This document shows positions 23,930 through 31,948 of a stretch of 46,384 bases of DNA, piece after piece. Source of the stretch: Candidatus Doudnabacteria bacterium (GTDB lineage: Bacteria > Patescibacteriota > Doudnabacteria > UBA920). Positions within the stretch are counted from its first letter, which is position 1; each line of letters begins with the position of its first letter. The DNA is taken from positions 146,284 through 192,667 of the forward strand of contig CAVYGQ010000002.1 of assembly GCA_963768175.1 (NCBI GenBank), in the 5' to 3' direction. Below the pieces are notes generated by a model. That model did no database searches, had not been told where the DNA came from, and was given only the letters and a program-made list of their open reading frames with translations. The translations under genes were made by a program, and so were the position numbers.

Positions 23930-25186
23930 ATGAAACCAAAAGTATCCCCAAAAAAACTCAAACCCTCTAAACATTCACATCGCAATTCTATGGACAAAGT
24001 TAAAATAAAACGCGTGAAGCGCGGCAAAAAAGAGATTACGACCAAAGAAAAAGTTTTGGCTGGGTTGGGGCTTGGCGCCACTTTGCTTGGCGGAGCCGCA
24101 GCGGTATCCGCCCAGCCGGAAACCACCGAGTTCGTCAAGGCGCAGACAACCGAGGAAGGCAGCGCGACAAAAAAGGCCAAAGGCTTGTTAACGGATGTTT
24201 TTGGGGTAGGAACAGCCCATGCGGCAGGGCTGTCCGGCAAAGCTTTATCCCCGAATAAAATCCCGTCTTTTATTACCGGACCGGCTAAGTATTATAAACA
24301 GTCAGATATCGTGACCTCAGATTCTTCCGATGACAGTGATGTGGAAGGAGTAGATTCGGGAGATGTTGTCACTCCAAATATTGTCACCCCAAATGTCGTT
24401 ACTCCAACTTCTGATGACAGTGATGTGGAAGGAGTAGATTCGGGCGCTGTCGTTACTCCTCCAGCTAACGATGACAGTGATGTGGAAGGAGTAGATTCGG
24501 GAGATGTTGTCACTCCAAATATTGTCACCCCAAATGTCGTTACTCCAACTTCTGATGACAGTGATGTGGAAGGAACAGATTCGGGAGATGTTGTCACTCC
24601 AAATATTGTCACCCCAAATGTCGTTACTCCAACTTCTGATGACAGCGATGTGGAAGGAGTAGATTCGGGTGCTGTCGTTACTCCTCCAGCTAACGATGAC
24701 AGCGATGTGGAAGGAGTAGATTCGGGTGCTGTCGTTACTCCTCCAGCTAACGATGACAGCGATGTGGAAGGAGTAGATTCGGGTGCTGTCGTTACTCCTC
24801 CAGCTAACGATGACAGCGATGTGGAAGGAGTAGATTCGCAGGCTAGCCAGCCAGTCCAGGGTTATGCCGGCGTGGAAAGCATGGCTGATGTTTCAGGCCT
24901 GCAAATGCCGGCCGGGTATTTAGCTTCGTCGGGTTCTCCCCTGGACGTGCAGGCGCCGGATGCCGAAGTGGAAGACTTGGCTGGAGCGGCAGACGTGGCC
25001 GCGGAGGGTTCGCTGGGCAATTATACGGTCAAGGGCGGCGATAATTTGTGGAATATCGCGAAAAAATATTACGGCGACGGCCGTAAGTGGCGCGTTATCT
25101 TGGCAGCTAATCCGAACTGTTTAAGCCGGCCGGGTGATACTCATACCTTAAAAATCGGCGCGCAATTAGTCATCCCAAAAATATAA
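23930..25186 (+). CDS. N-anchored acidic tandem-repeat surface protein with C-terminal LysM domain
   Basis: Anchor LAGLGLGATLLGGAAAV. LysM reads YTVKGGDNLWNIAKKYYGDGRKWRVILAANP...LKIGAQLVIP. Confidence 0.8.
   Translation: MKPKVSPKKLKPSKHSHRNSMDKVKIKRVKRGKKEITTKEKVLAGLGLGATLLGGAAAVSAQPETTEFVKAQTTEEGSATKKAKGLLTDVFGVGTAHAAGLSGKALSPNKIPSFITGPAKYYKQSDIVTSDSSDDSDVEGVDSGDVVTPNIVTPNVVTPTSDDSDVEGVDSGAVVTPPANDDSDVEGVDSGDVVTPNIVTPNVVTPTSDDSDVEGTDSGDVVTPNIVTPNVVTPTSDDSDVEGVDSGAVVTPPANDDSDVEGVDSGAVVTPPANDDSDVEGVDSGAVVTPPANDDSDVEGVDSQASQPVQGYAGVESMADVSGLQMPAGYLASSGSPLDVQAPDAEVEDLAGAADVAAEGSLGNYTVKGGDNLWNIAKKYYGDGRKWRVILAANPNCLSRPGDTHTLKIGAQLVIPKI
24329..24838 (+). repeat. Coding tandem repeats: 84-bp unit A (DDSDVEGVDSGDVVTPNIVTPNVVTPTS) and 57-bp unit B (DDSDVEGVDSGAVVTPPAN), order A B A A B B B plus a partial unit
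   Basis: Read directly. The early units use gacagtgat, and the fifth and later units use gacagcgat. Confidence 0.9.
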
Positions 25187-25222
25187 AAACAATAATTATT
25201 ATTAAGAATTAAAAAAACGCAT

Positions 25223-27268
25223 ATGAATAAAAAGATTAAGTGTATTTCTCCGGCAAAAAAGCAGGCTTTTTTGCCGCGCCTGCTTAAGGCCAAAGCAAGT
25301 TTCGCTATTGCCTTAAGTTTTGTGCTGTTTGCAACCGTGGCCGGCAGCAGTATTTTTAAGGCCAAAGCCTTAACTATGGACGAACTTCAGGCCGCCTCAT
25401 CCCCACAGGTTTTAGGGGCGACTAATTCTGGTACTAATTACGTAACCGTGCCCAATGGCCAGACGGCCTGTCCCAATATTAGTTTCACTCCCGCACAAGC
25501 GACCGCCGGCGGAGTGGTGGGTACGCTGGGACCCGGTCATGTAACTTCCGATGGTGCACCCAACATCGTCCTTTACGCCCAGCCATTATCTACGACATAC
25601 ACCGGCCCCGCCGCTTACAACCCATATTTTAATACGGGGCCCGTCAAAGGTTTTAGCAATTGGTTTACACCGTGGGCGACATCAACCTTTGAGGGGACAG
25701 TTCCCTTCCTTAATCCTGAACCTCCGAACGCTACCGCGGAGGGCGCGGCCGAGGCCTTGCGCCTGGTGGACCTTTACGCTCCCGGATCAAAGATTGCGAC
25801 CGAGCCGACTGGCATAACAGGGGTAGAGCCGCCCATCAGCCTTGTTGAAATTATTCTGCCCGCCGGCACTAATGCCAACGGCACTATATATCTAGACGCA
25901 AGCGGCATCCTTCAATACTATTATAATGGTGGAGAAGTACAAAGCTATTACGATTACAATAATTCAACGGGGGTGGATTCAATCTCCGACCGGATATTGG
26001 AACAGACGGTGCTGGGATGCACGTATTTATCAACAACCGACCAAATCCCATTAGCGTCCTCCACAAAACTTCCTGACGCCGTTTGGAAAGGAGGTTACGG
26101 GAGCACCATAGTGTTGGCAAACGGAGATTCTGCCCAGATCCAGGGCATTGATCCCGTTTCCGCGCAATGCGAGGGCAAGTTGGCAAACGAAAACAGTGCA
26201 GACCCGTATCGGTACGTAGCTTGGATTGCTACCTGGGAGTACGTTCCGGAAGGCGAGGATCCGTCGCTGGGGAAGAATTGGGTTCCGATTACAGACAGTT
26301 CTCTGATTACCCCGTCAATGAAAGCGGTGCTTCCGCTGGCGCAGGAGTTGCTGAATGAAGAGGCGGCGAGCTCCAATGTCATTGGTGGGGGCAGCTGGTA
26401 TAAAGGAGCCCTTACAGCATTCGTCCCCGGAACCACCAAGCTGGATTGGTTTACCTGGACACAATTGGGCGTGCAGGGAGGCGGCGCCGGACCGGTTCTT
26501 TGGCCGGCATCGGTTCAAGGCATGACCTTTGACAAATGGGATGGTACGGTTATGTCCCAGGCCGATTTGGAAGCCAGGGCTTTTGCGGCAGCCGGAACGG
26601 TTCCAAACGGCTCTAACGCCGCCGCGGATTTGGCGGCGGGTAAATACAGCCTGCCGACGAATACGTCAAAAACGCCGCAGCAATTTGAACTTCCGCTCCC
26701 GCCGGCATCGTGCTATGCCGGATCGGGCCAGCCCGCGCAGTCCTTAACTTGTGCCACCCCGGCTATTTCAGCCAACATTGGCAATCCTGTAACTTTCAGC
26801 GCCTTAGGCGGCATTGCCCCTTATTCCTGGAGCGGCGGGGAAAATCCCGCCACTAGCACCGGTTCCAGCTTTACCACCAGTTATTCCACAGCCGGCAACA
26901 AAACCGCCACAGTTTCCAGCCAAGACGGCCAGAATGCCAGTTGTAGTGTAACCATCACTTCTACCGGCACGCCAGGCACTTACCCCACCGTTACCATTAC
27001 CTCTGCCACCAACCTTTCTTTAAAGGTTACCGCTACCCCGCTGTCCTACGACAGCACCGCCGGAGCATGGACTTATCAGATATACTGGAAGAGAACCCGC
27101 AATGCCCAGGGTTCTTTGTATGTCACCCTAAAATCCGACAAGACCCAGGTCTTACTAACCGTTGACCCAGCCAGCCAAACCGGCACCCAGATTGTTACCT
27201 TGGCTCCTCCACCGCCTACCGCGTGGAATTTTACACCCAGCCTGCCAAAGGCGGTAACTTACTACTAA
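25223..27268 (+). CDS. N-anchored secreted protein, hypothetical (PKD-like segment near the C-terminus)
   Basis: Anchor FAIALSFVLFATVAGSSIF. The segment ISANIGNPVTFSALGGIAPYSWSGGENP...GNKTATVSSQDGQNASCSVTI is PKD-like. Confidence 0.65.
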   Translation: MNKKIKCISPAKKQAFLPRLLKAKASFAIALSFVLFATVAGSSIFKAKALTMDELQAASSPQVLGATNSGTNYVTVPNGQTACPNISFTPAQATAGGVVGTLGPGHVTSDGAPNIVLYAQPLSTTYTGPAAYNPYFNTGPVKGFSNWFTPWATSTFEGTVPFLNPEPPNATAEGAAEALRLVDLYAPGSKIATEPTGITGVEPPISLVEIILPAGTNANGTIYLDASGILQYYYNGGEVQSYYDYNNSTGVDSISDRILEQTVLGCTYLSTTDQIPLASSTKLPDAVWKGGYGSTIVLANGDSAQIQGIDPVSAQCEGKLANENSADPYRYVAWIATWEYVPEGEDPSLGKNWVPITDSSLITPSMKAVLPLAQELLNEEAASSNVIGGGSWYKGALTAFVPGTTKLDWFTWTQLGVQGGGAGPVLWPASVQGMTFDKWDGTVMSQADLEARAFAAAGTVPNGSNAAADLAAGKYSLPTNTSKTPQQFELPLPPASCYAGSGQPAQSLTCATPAISANIGNPVTFSALGGIAPYSWSGGENPATSTGSSFTTSYSTAGNKTATVSSQDGQNASCSVTITSTGTPGTYPTVTITSATNLSLKVTATPLSYDSTAGAWTYQIYWKRTRNAQGSLYVTLKSDKTQVLLTVDPASQTGTQIVTLAPPPPTAWNFTPSLPKAVTYY

Positions 27269-27696
27269 GAAAGTTCTTTACCACTATAGCCGCACCTTTA
27301 GTATCTTCCGGCAGCGGCAATTCAATCTGCAGCACTCTTTGGTGGGCTAATTTCATGCAGACTCCGAGAAGCTGTTTCCAGATGCAGTACTGCGGTGTTT
27401 CCAACCAGTCGGAAACAGTCGTAAGCCCGTCGAGCGGGGACCAGTATACTAACCCGACGCTCAATAACATGGAGATCTTTCTGTACAACTCGGAAAGCGC
27501 CTGCAAGGCGAGCATCGCTTCCGGCAATGGCAATCCAAACTGTGCCAATCTCTGGTGGCGCAATGGCGGCTCCCTTAGTTTTCATAGCTGTTCCTTGTTG
27601 CGGTTCTGTGGCACTATACCTAAGGAGGTACAAACCTTTTCATCACAAGCAGCTTGCAATTCCAGTCCTTTTGTCAGCCCATCCAGCAGTGGTTAA
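27223..27696 (+). CDS. Cys/Trp-rich two-repeat module, probably a frameshifted C-terminal extension of 25223..27268
   Basis: An internal duplication supports coding: GSGNSICSTLWWANFMQTPRSCFQMQYCG versus GNGNPNCANLWWRNGGSLSFHSCSLLRFCG. It has no signal peptide of its own and overlaps the upstream ORF by 46 nt. Confidence 0.5.
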   Translation: MEFYTQPAKGGNLLLRKFFTTIAAPLVSSGSGNSICSTLWWANFMQTPRSCFQMQYCGVSNQSETVVSPSSGDQYTNPTLNNMEIFLYNSESACKASIASGNGNPNCANLWWRNGGSLSFHSCSLLRFCGTIPKEVQTFSSQAACNSSPFVSPSSSG

Positions 27697-27858
27697 AATA
27701 TACCGATCGGGGTTTGCCACATACCCAGCCAGGCGGAAAATGGCATTTGGGATGCCAAACTTTGTCCTACGGCAAAACTACAGGCTCTGACGGCAGTAAA
27801 CTAACTGCCCTTGTGAACGTTTCCGTAAAGTAAATACGCATTAGAATTATAATTACAA

Positions 27859-27893
27859 CCCCGCCCCTCGACTTCGCTCGGGGCGGGGTTTTT
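27859..27893 (+). terminator. Intrinsic terminator
   Basis: CCCCGCCCC-tcgacttcgctc-GGGGCGGGG followed by T5. Confidence 0.75.
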
Positions 27894-27926
27894 GTTGGTG
27901 GCCGACAGCAGTTAGTTGCAGGGTTT

Positions 27927-27960
27927 GTTGACAATTTGCGCGGCCGCGCATATAATCAAC
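27927..27960 (+). promoter_or_regulatory. Consensus promoter of regulator R3 with palindromic operator in the spacer
   Basis: TTGACA (27928-27933), 17 nt, TATAAT (27951-27956). The 14-bp perfect palindrome TGCGCGG|CCGCGCA lies at 27937-27950. Outer GTTGA/TCAAC extend it to an imperfect 34-bp palindrome. Confidence 0.7.
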
Positions 27961-27982
27961 ATGTAATATTTAGCTATAATGT

Positions 27983-28468
27983 ATGCGCTTAAGGAACTAT
28001 CCCCAAAATTTTTTACTCTTTGCTTTCATTGATGGCTTGAAAGCGGCTTTTGCGACGAAAAACGAATGGAGATCTGTAAAATACCCGGGTTCCTATAATC
28101 AGTACCGACAAACGGCCTATCATTTGCGGCGCAAAGGTTATGTAAAAATCGTTATAAATCCTTCCGGAAAAAGATTTTTGCAGCTGACGCAAAAGGGGGA
28201 GCTCGAGTTATTGATGGCTAAAGCCTGGCTGCGTAAAGTTCAGGTTTGGGACGGGAAATGGCGGATGGTTATTTTTGACATTCCGGAAGAAGCAAATGAA
28301 AAACGCGATAAATTGCGCAGACTGTTAAAAAGTGGTGGCTTTTTTAAACTCCAGGCCAGCGTCTATGTGAATCCTTATCCTTTGAACCGCGAGGCGATTC
28401 ATTATTTAAAAAAGACAAGGTTGACAAGGCCATTAAAATGTGCCATTATATTAGGTCAATTTAATTGA
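27983..28468 (+). CDS. PaaX-like transcriptional regulator R3 (paralogue of R1/R2, shorter divergent C-terminus)
   Basis: 161 aa with GKRFLQLTQKGELELL...WDGKWRMVIFDIPEEANEKRDKLRRLLKSGGFFKLQASVYVNPYPLNREAIHYLKK. Confidence 0.75.
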   Translation: MRLRNYPQNFLLFAFIDGLKAAFATKNEWRSVKYPGSYNQYRQTAYHLRRKGYVKIVINPSGKRFLQLTQKGELELLMAKAWLRKVQVWDGKWRMVIFDIPEEANEKRDKLRRLLKSGGFFKLQASVYVNPYPLNREAIHYLKKTRLTRPLKCAIILGQFN

Positions 28469-28510
28469 TATATATGTTGGTTAAACCAATAAAAATCAGC
28501 GTTTTCAGCC

Positions 28511-28551
28511 AAAAACCGGCTTCTTAAACTTTTGTTTGGGGGCCGGTTTTT
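28511..28551. terminator. Hairpin terminator (A-run/T-run on both sides)
   Basis: AAAAACCGGC (28511-28520), 21-nt loop, GCCGGTTTTT (28542-28551). Confidence 0.55.
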
Positions 28552-28598
28552 AGCGTTTAAATGGGATTTTGCGGATAGAAATTTGTCCATTCTGTATT

Positions 28599-28688
28599 GT
28601 TGATTTTTTGCGCGCCTATTTGCGCGCCTATTCGATAAACTCAGGCGCCCTGAGCCATGCCGAATGGGCGGCCGCGCAAAAAATCAAC
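28599..28688. promoter_or_regulatory. R3-type palindrome split by a ~56-58-nt insert
   Basis: GTTGATTTTTTGCGCG (28599-28614) and CGCGCAAAAAATCAAC (28673-28688) are perfect inverted arms. The right side keeps the GGCCGCGC core. The insert contains a 12-bp tandem duplication (tgcgcgcctatt x2) and the hairpin CTCAGG-cgc-CCTGAG. It is followed by atcaac x3. Confidence 0.6.
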
Positions 28689-28780
28689 ATCAACATCAAC
28701 AATTATGGCCAATTTTCTCTTCGTAAGCCACTTGTTGTATTGGTGGTTTTCAAGAGCAGTCCGAATGGAGGAAGTTAGCA

Positions 28781-31744
28781 ATGAAACCTACTATGAGGTG
28801 GTTGTTGCTCGCAGTGCTCCCGCTTTTAGCGGGCAGTTTCGCGCAGGCGCAGACCGGCTCGGAATTCGTTCCGGTGACCCCGTGCCGTATCGCCGACACG
28901 CGCAATCCCATCGGCCCCTTTGGCGGCCCATTTATGGCCGCCGGCTCTACCCGCTCCTTTGCAATTCCGCAGAGCGGATGCAACATCCCGGTCACTGCCA
29001 CGGCCTACTCGCTCAACGTCACCGTTGTGCCTCAGGGGCCGCTTAGCTACCTGACTTTGTGGCCCACCGGCCAAGGCCAGCCATTCGTGTCCACCCTGAA
29101 TTCGTGGGGCGGCATCGTGGTGGCCAACGCGGCCATCGTTCCCGCCGGCAGCGGCGGAGCGGTGAGCGTCTATGTCACCAACCCGACCGACGTGGTCCTG
29201 GACATTAACGGCTACTTCGCTTCGGCTGGGAGCTTAAACGCTTCGGCGTTTTATACTGCCACGCCGTGCCGCATCGCCGACACGCGCAACCCTGTCGGAA
29301 CGTTTGGCGGGCCCACTATGGGTTCCAACCAGACAAGGGACTTTCCCGTTCCGCAGAGTTCGTGCGGAGTCCCGTCCTCTGCGGCGGCCTACTCGCTGAA
29401 TGACACGGTAGTCCCAGGTACGAGCTTTCTCGGTTACCTGACAACGTGGCCTACCGGATTGGCGCAGCCGCTCGTCTCTACCCTGAACTCCTGGACTGGC
29501 AAAGTGGTGGCGAACGCCGCCATTGTTCCGGCGGGAACCAACGGGGCAATTTCCGTATTTGTCACGGACCCGACCGACGTAGTCTTGGACATCAACGGCT
29601 ATTTCGGTCAGCCGGGCGGTTCGGGAGAACTTTCGTTCTACCCGCTGACCCCGTGCCGTATCGCCGACACGCGCAATCCCATCGGCCCCTTTGGCGGCCC
29701 GGTGATGGAGGCGCAGTCCACACGTTCATTCGCGATCCCGGCCAGCACCTGCTTGGTGCCTTCAACGGCCGCGGCCTATTCGCTCAACGTGACTGTGGTG
29801 CCAGACGGAGCTCTTTCTTATCTCACGACCTGGCCCACCGGCTCGGCGCAGCCGTTCGTCTCCACACTGAATTCTTGGGACGGCACTGTGGTGGCGAACG
29901 CCACCATTGTTCCGGCGGGAACCAACGGCGCGATCTCCGTGTTCGTCACCAACCAGACCGATGTGGTTTTGGACATCAATGGGTATTTCGCGAATCCAAA
30001 CGCGACGCCAACTCCAACTCCAACGCCAACACCCACGCCGACCATTACGTCGGTCACCGTAAGTTGCCCCAATTCCACGCTTCTCTCCGGGGGAACCGAG
30101 CAGTGCACCGCAACGGTGCAGGGCACGGGGGATTTCAGTTCCGCCGTTAATTGGTCGGCTTCGGCCGGCACAGTGAATCCGGCCGGACTGTTTTTGACCC
30201 CAATCCAAACTGTGCAGAGCTCGGTCACGATCACCGCGACCTCTGCGGTTGACACCGGGAAGTCCGGTTCGATTGATGTTACGGTAACCCCGCTTACGCG
30301 GGCGTGCACAGCAACCTCGCAGTGGCAAACGGAAGTTGAGTCGGTTAAGACGGGTTTCGGCGTGCTGCTGACCTGCAGTGGGTGTCTGCCCGCTGACGCG
30401 GTCATGATTACCGGTAACTCCAGCAACGTTGCCGGGGCGGCGTTTGTCCCTCCCAACCAGTTTGAAGTCGTGTTCTGGGATGACCAGCCGATTTTTACCG
30501 GCCGGGAGATTATGCAAGTCTGTGCCGCCGACGGCACGGATTGCTCCAACAAAGTATCCCTGAAGTTTAAGGGCCCGCCGAACCAATTGTGGAATTCCCA
30601 TAACACGGGGAAGCAGTACTTTTTCCCGTTTTTGGCGTACGGGTCAGTCCAAGAGTTTGCGCAGGACGGGACGCTAACAGGTTCAGTTCCCTTCGGTGGT
30701 ACAATCTATAGCGTGGCTATGGATGACGGCTCCAAAGGGACAGGATACAGGGTGGTGGTTGAAACCTCCCATCTGTCTCCGGGGAACTCAAGCGTGGACT
30801 GGGACAAAGCCCAGGACATTGGAGGCCAGGTTTACAACGCAAACTCGTTTGCGTTTGTTTCGGTCTTAGACGGTCTGGGTAGCGCTACCCAGCCGAATGC
30901 CGGGTCGTATTCCTGCTTCCCTCTCATCCAGGGGGAGGTTGCGCCGGTAACTTCGGCGCCGACTTCCGGAAGTCCGTGGATCACGGCCATGGGCTACTGC
31001 GGCGGCCCAGGGGAAAAGAATTTGTTTTACTTGGATCGTGAAAAGTCCACGCAGTTTAAGTCCATTGTGTCGCCTTCTGGAGTCGCCACCGTGGGCTCGT
31101 TTGAAGTTGCGGGGCTGGTTCCGGCCAGTATGGTTCTGGCCATGAACCCCCGACTGGGGATGACCAACGCCACTGGTGGCTGGTCAATAGACTTTGACCC
31201 AGCTACCTGCCGCGTGGCGCAAATGGCGCAGATCAGCGACGGCGCGGGTGGCTTTAAGCCCGTGTTGATCCTGTTTGATGGCCACACTATGACCCAGATA
31301 GCATCCGTCGATTTGCCGCCTGGCGCGGACATGGTTGCATTCAACCTCGCGGCTAACACTGTGGAAGTTGAAGTGGAAGACCAGGCCTCCGCTCTCTACG
31401 GCGGGGCGTCTAAGATTTATTCGGTGGACACAGCCGGCAACGTAACGCTGTTGTCCATCCCGGAATTAGACGCTGACCCGATTGGCCTAATAGGGTACGG
31501 AGTAAGCGCGGACGGGAAGACTCGGTTCTTCTGCGCGCCGGAACTTAACCCGATTTGCCAACCGGTCACGGTTGCCGTGTCCGGCGCCTCCGAGTCTTCG
31601 GCTGTTGCGCCGCGCGCCAGACTTAGGCGAGGAGTTGAGCCTAAAGTCAGGCTCATACCGATCAACTCTGCTTTAACGGCGCCGCAATCTAAACCCGAGT
31701 CGGGTGACGGCTCGGTAACTCCGCGACCGCCGTCAGGGGAGTAA
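28781..31744 (+). CDS. Secreted 987-aa repeat protein of foreign (GC-rich) composition: 3 x ~128-aa PCRIADTR modules, PT linker, Big_2-like domain, large C-terminal region
   Basis: SD ggaggaagttagcaATG. Signal peptide MKPTMRWLLLAVLPLLAGSFAQAQ. Modules read TPCRIADTRNP.G.FGGP...LNSW.G.VVANAAIVPAG..GA.SV.VT..TDVVLDINGYF. A (PT)n linker and ITSVTVSCPNSTLLSGGTEQCTATVQG (Big_2-like) follow. Codon third positions are dominated by G/C, unlike neighbouring genes. Confidence 0.8.
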   Translation: MKPTMRWLLLAVLPLLAGSFAQAQTGSEFVPVTPCRIADTRNPIGPFGGPFMAAGSTRSFAIPQSGCNIPVTATAYSLNVTVVPQGPLSYLTLWPTGQGQPFVSTLNSWGGIVVANAAIVPAGSGGAVSVYVTNPTDVVLDINGYFASAGSLNASAFYTATPCRIADTRNPVGTFGGPTMGSNQTRDFPVPQSSCGVPSSAAAYSLNDTVVPGTSFLGYLTTWPTGLAQPLVSTLNSWTGKVVANAAIVPAGTNGAISVFVTDPTDVVLDINGYFGQPGGSGELSFYPLTPCRIADTRNPIGPFGGPVMEAQSTRSFAIPASTCLVPSTAAAYSLNVTVVPDGALSYLTTWPTGSAQPFVSTLNSWDGTVVANATIVPAGTNGAISVFVTNQTDVVLDINGYFANPNATPTPTPTPTPTPTITSVTVSCPNSTLLSGGTEQCTATVQGTGDFSSAVNWSASAGTVNPAGLFLTPIQTVQSSVTITATSAVDTGKSGSIDVTVTPLTRACTATSQWQTEVESVKTGFGVLLTCSGCLPADAVMITGNSSNVAGAAFVPPNQFEVVFWDDQPIFTGREIMQVCAADGTDCSNKVSLKFKGPPNQLWNSHNTGKQYFFPFLAYGSVQEFAQDGTLTGSVPFGGTIYSVAMDDGSKGTGYRVVVETSHLSPGNSSVDWDKAQDIGGQVYNANSFAFVSVLDGLGSATQPNAGSYSCFPLIQGEVAPVTSAPTSGSPWITAMGYCGGPGEKNLFYLDREKSTQFKSIVSPSGVATVGSFEVAGLVPASMVLAMNPRLGMTNATGGWSIDFDPATCRVAQMAQISDGAGGFKPVLILFDGHTMTQIASVDLPPGADMVAFNLAANTVEVEVEDQASALYGGASKIYSVDTAGNVTLLSIPELDADPIGLIGYGVSADGKTRFFCAPELNPICQPVTVAVSGASESSAVAPRARLRRGVEPKVRLIPINSALTAPQSKPESGDGSVTPRPPSGE

Positions 31745-31810
31745 CCCTATGACGGAGCGGAAAGAGGAGGATACGAAATTTAGGACTTCTGGAGATAGAA
31801 GTCCCCCTTA

Positions 31811-31848
31811 CCCGGCAGTGCTGCGCGCTGCCGGGAGTTTTTTATTTT
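31811..31848 (+). terminator. Intrinsic terminator of the GC-rich gene
   Basis: CCCGGCAG-tgctgcgcg-CTGCCGGG followed by agTTTTTTATTTT. Confidence 0.75.
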
Positions 31849-31948
31849 GCGTAATTTTGAATTTTGACGGCCGTCTTTGCTGCTTTATACCTTCACTACG
31901 TTCAGGACAGGCTATAAGGAGCGGAGAGGAGGATCTCATCATCGGTTT

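Noticed and set aside
15702-28468. The Cas2-like motif (W..v.FDIPE...R......LQ.SV) in R1-R3 considered as evidence for a CRISPR adaptation module.
   Set aside because: The proteins carry an N-terminal winged HTH. No cas1, other cas genes or arrays are present. The architecture fits PaaX-type regulators.
28657-30606. Long ORFs inside or overlapping the GC-rich gene: 28657..29046 (+), 29446..30150 (+), 29762..30601 (-) and 29818..30606 (-).
   Set aside because: High-GC DNA is poor in stop codons. The products are Arg/Gly/Pro-rich nonsense. Frame 28781..31744 has an SD, a signal peptide and internally repeated domains.
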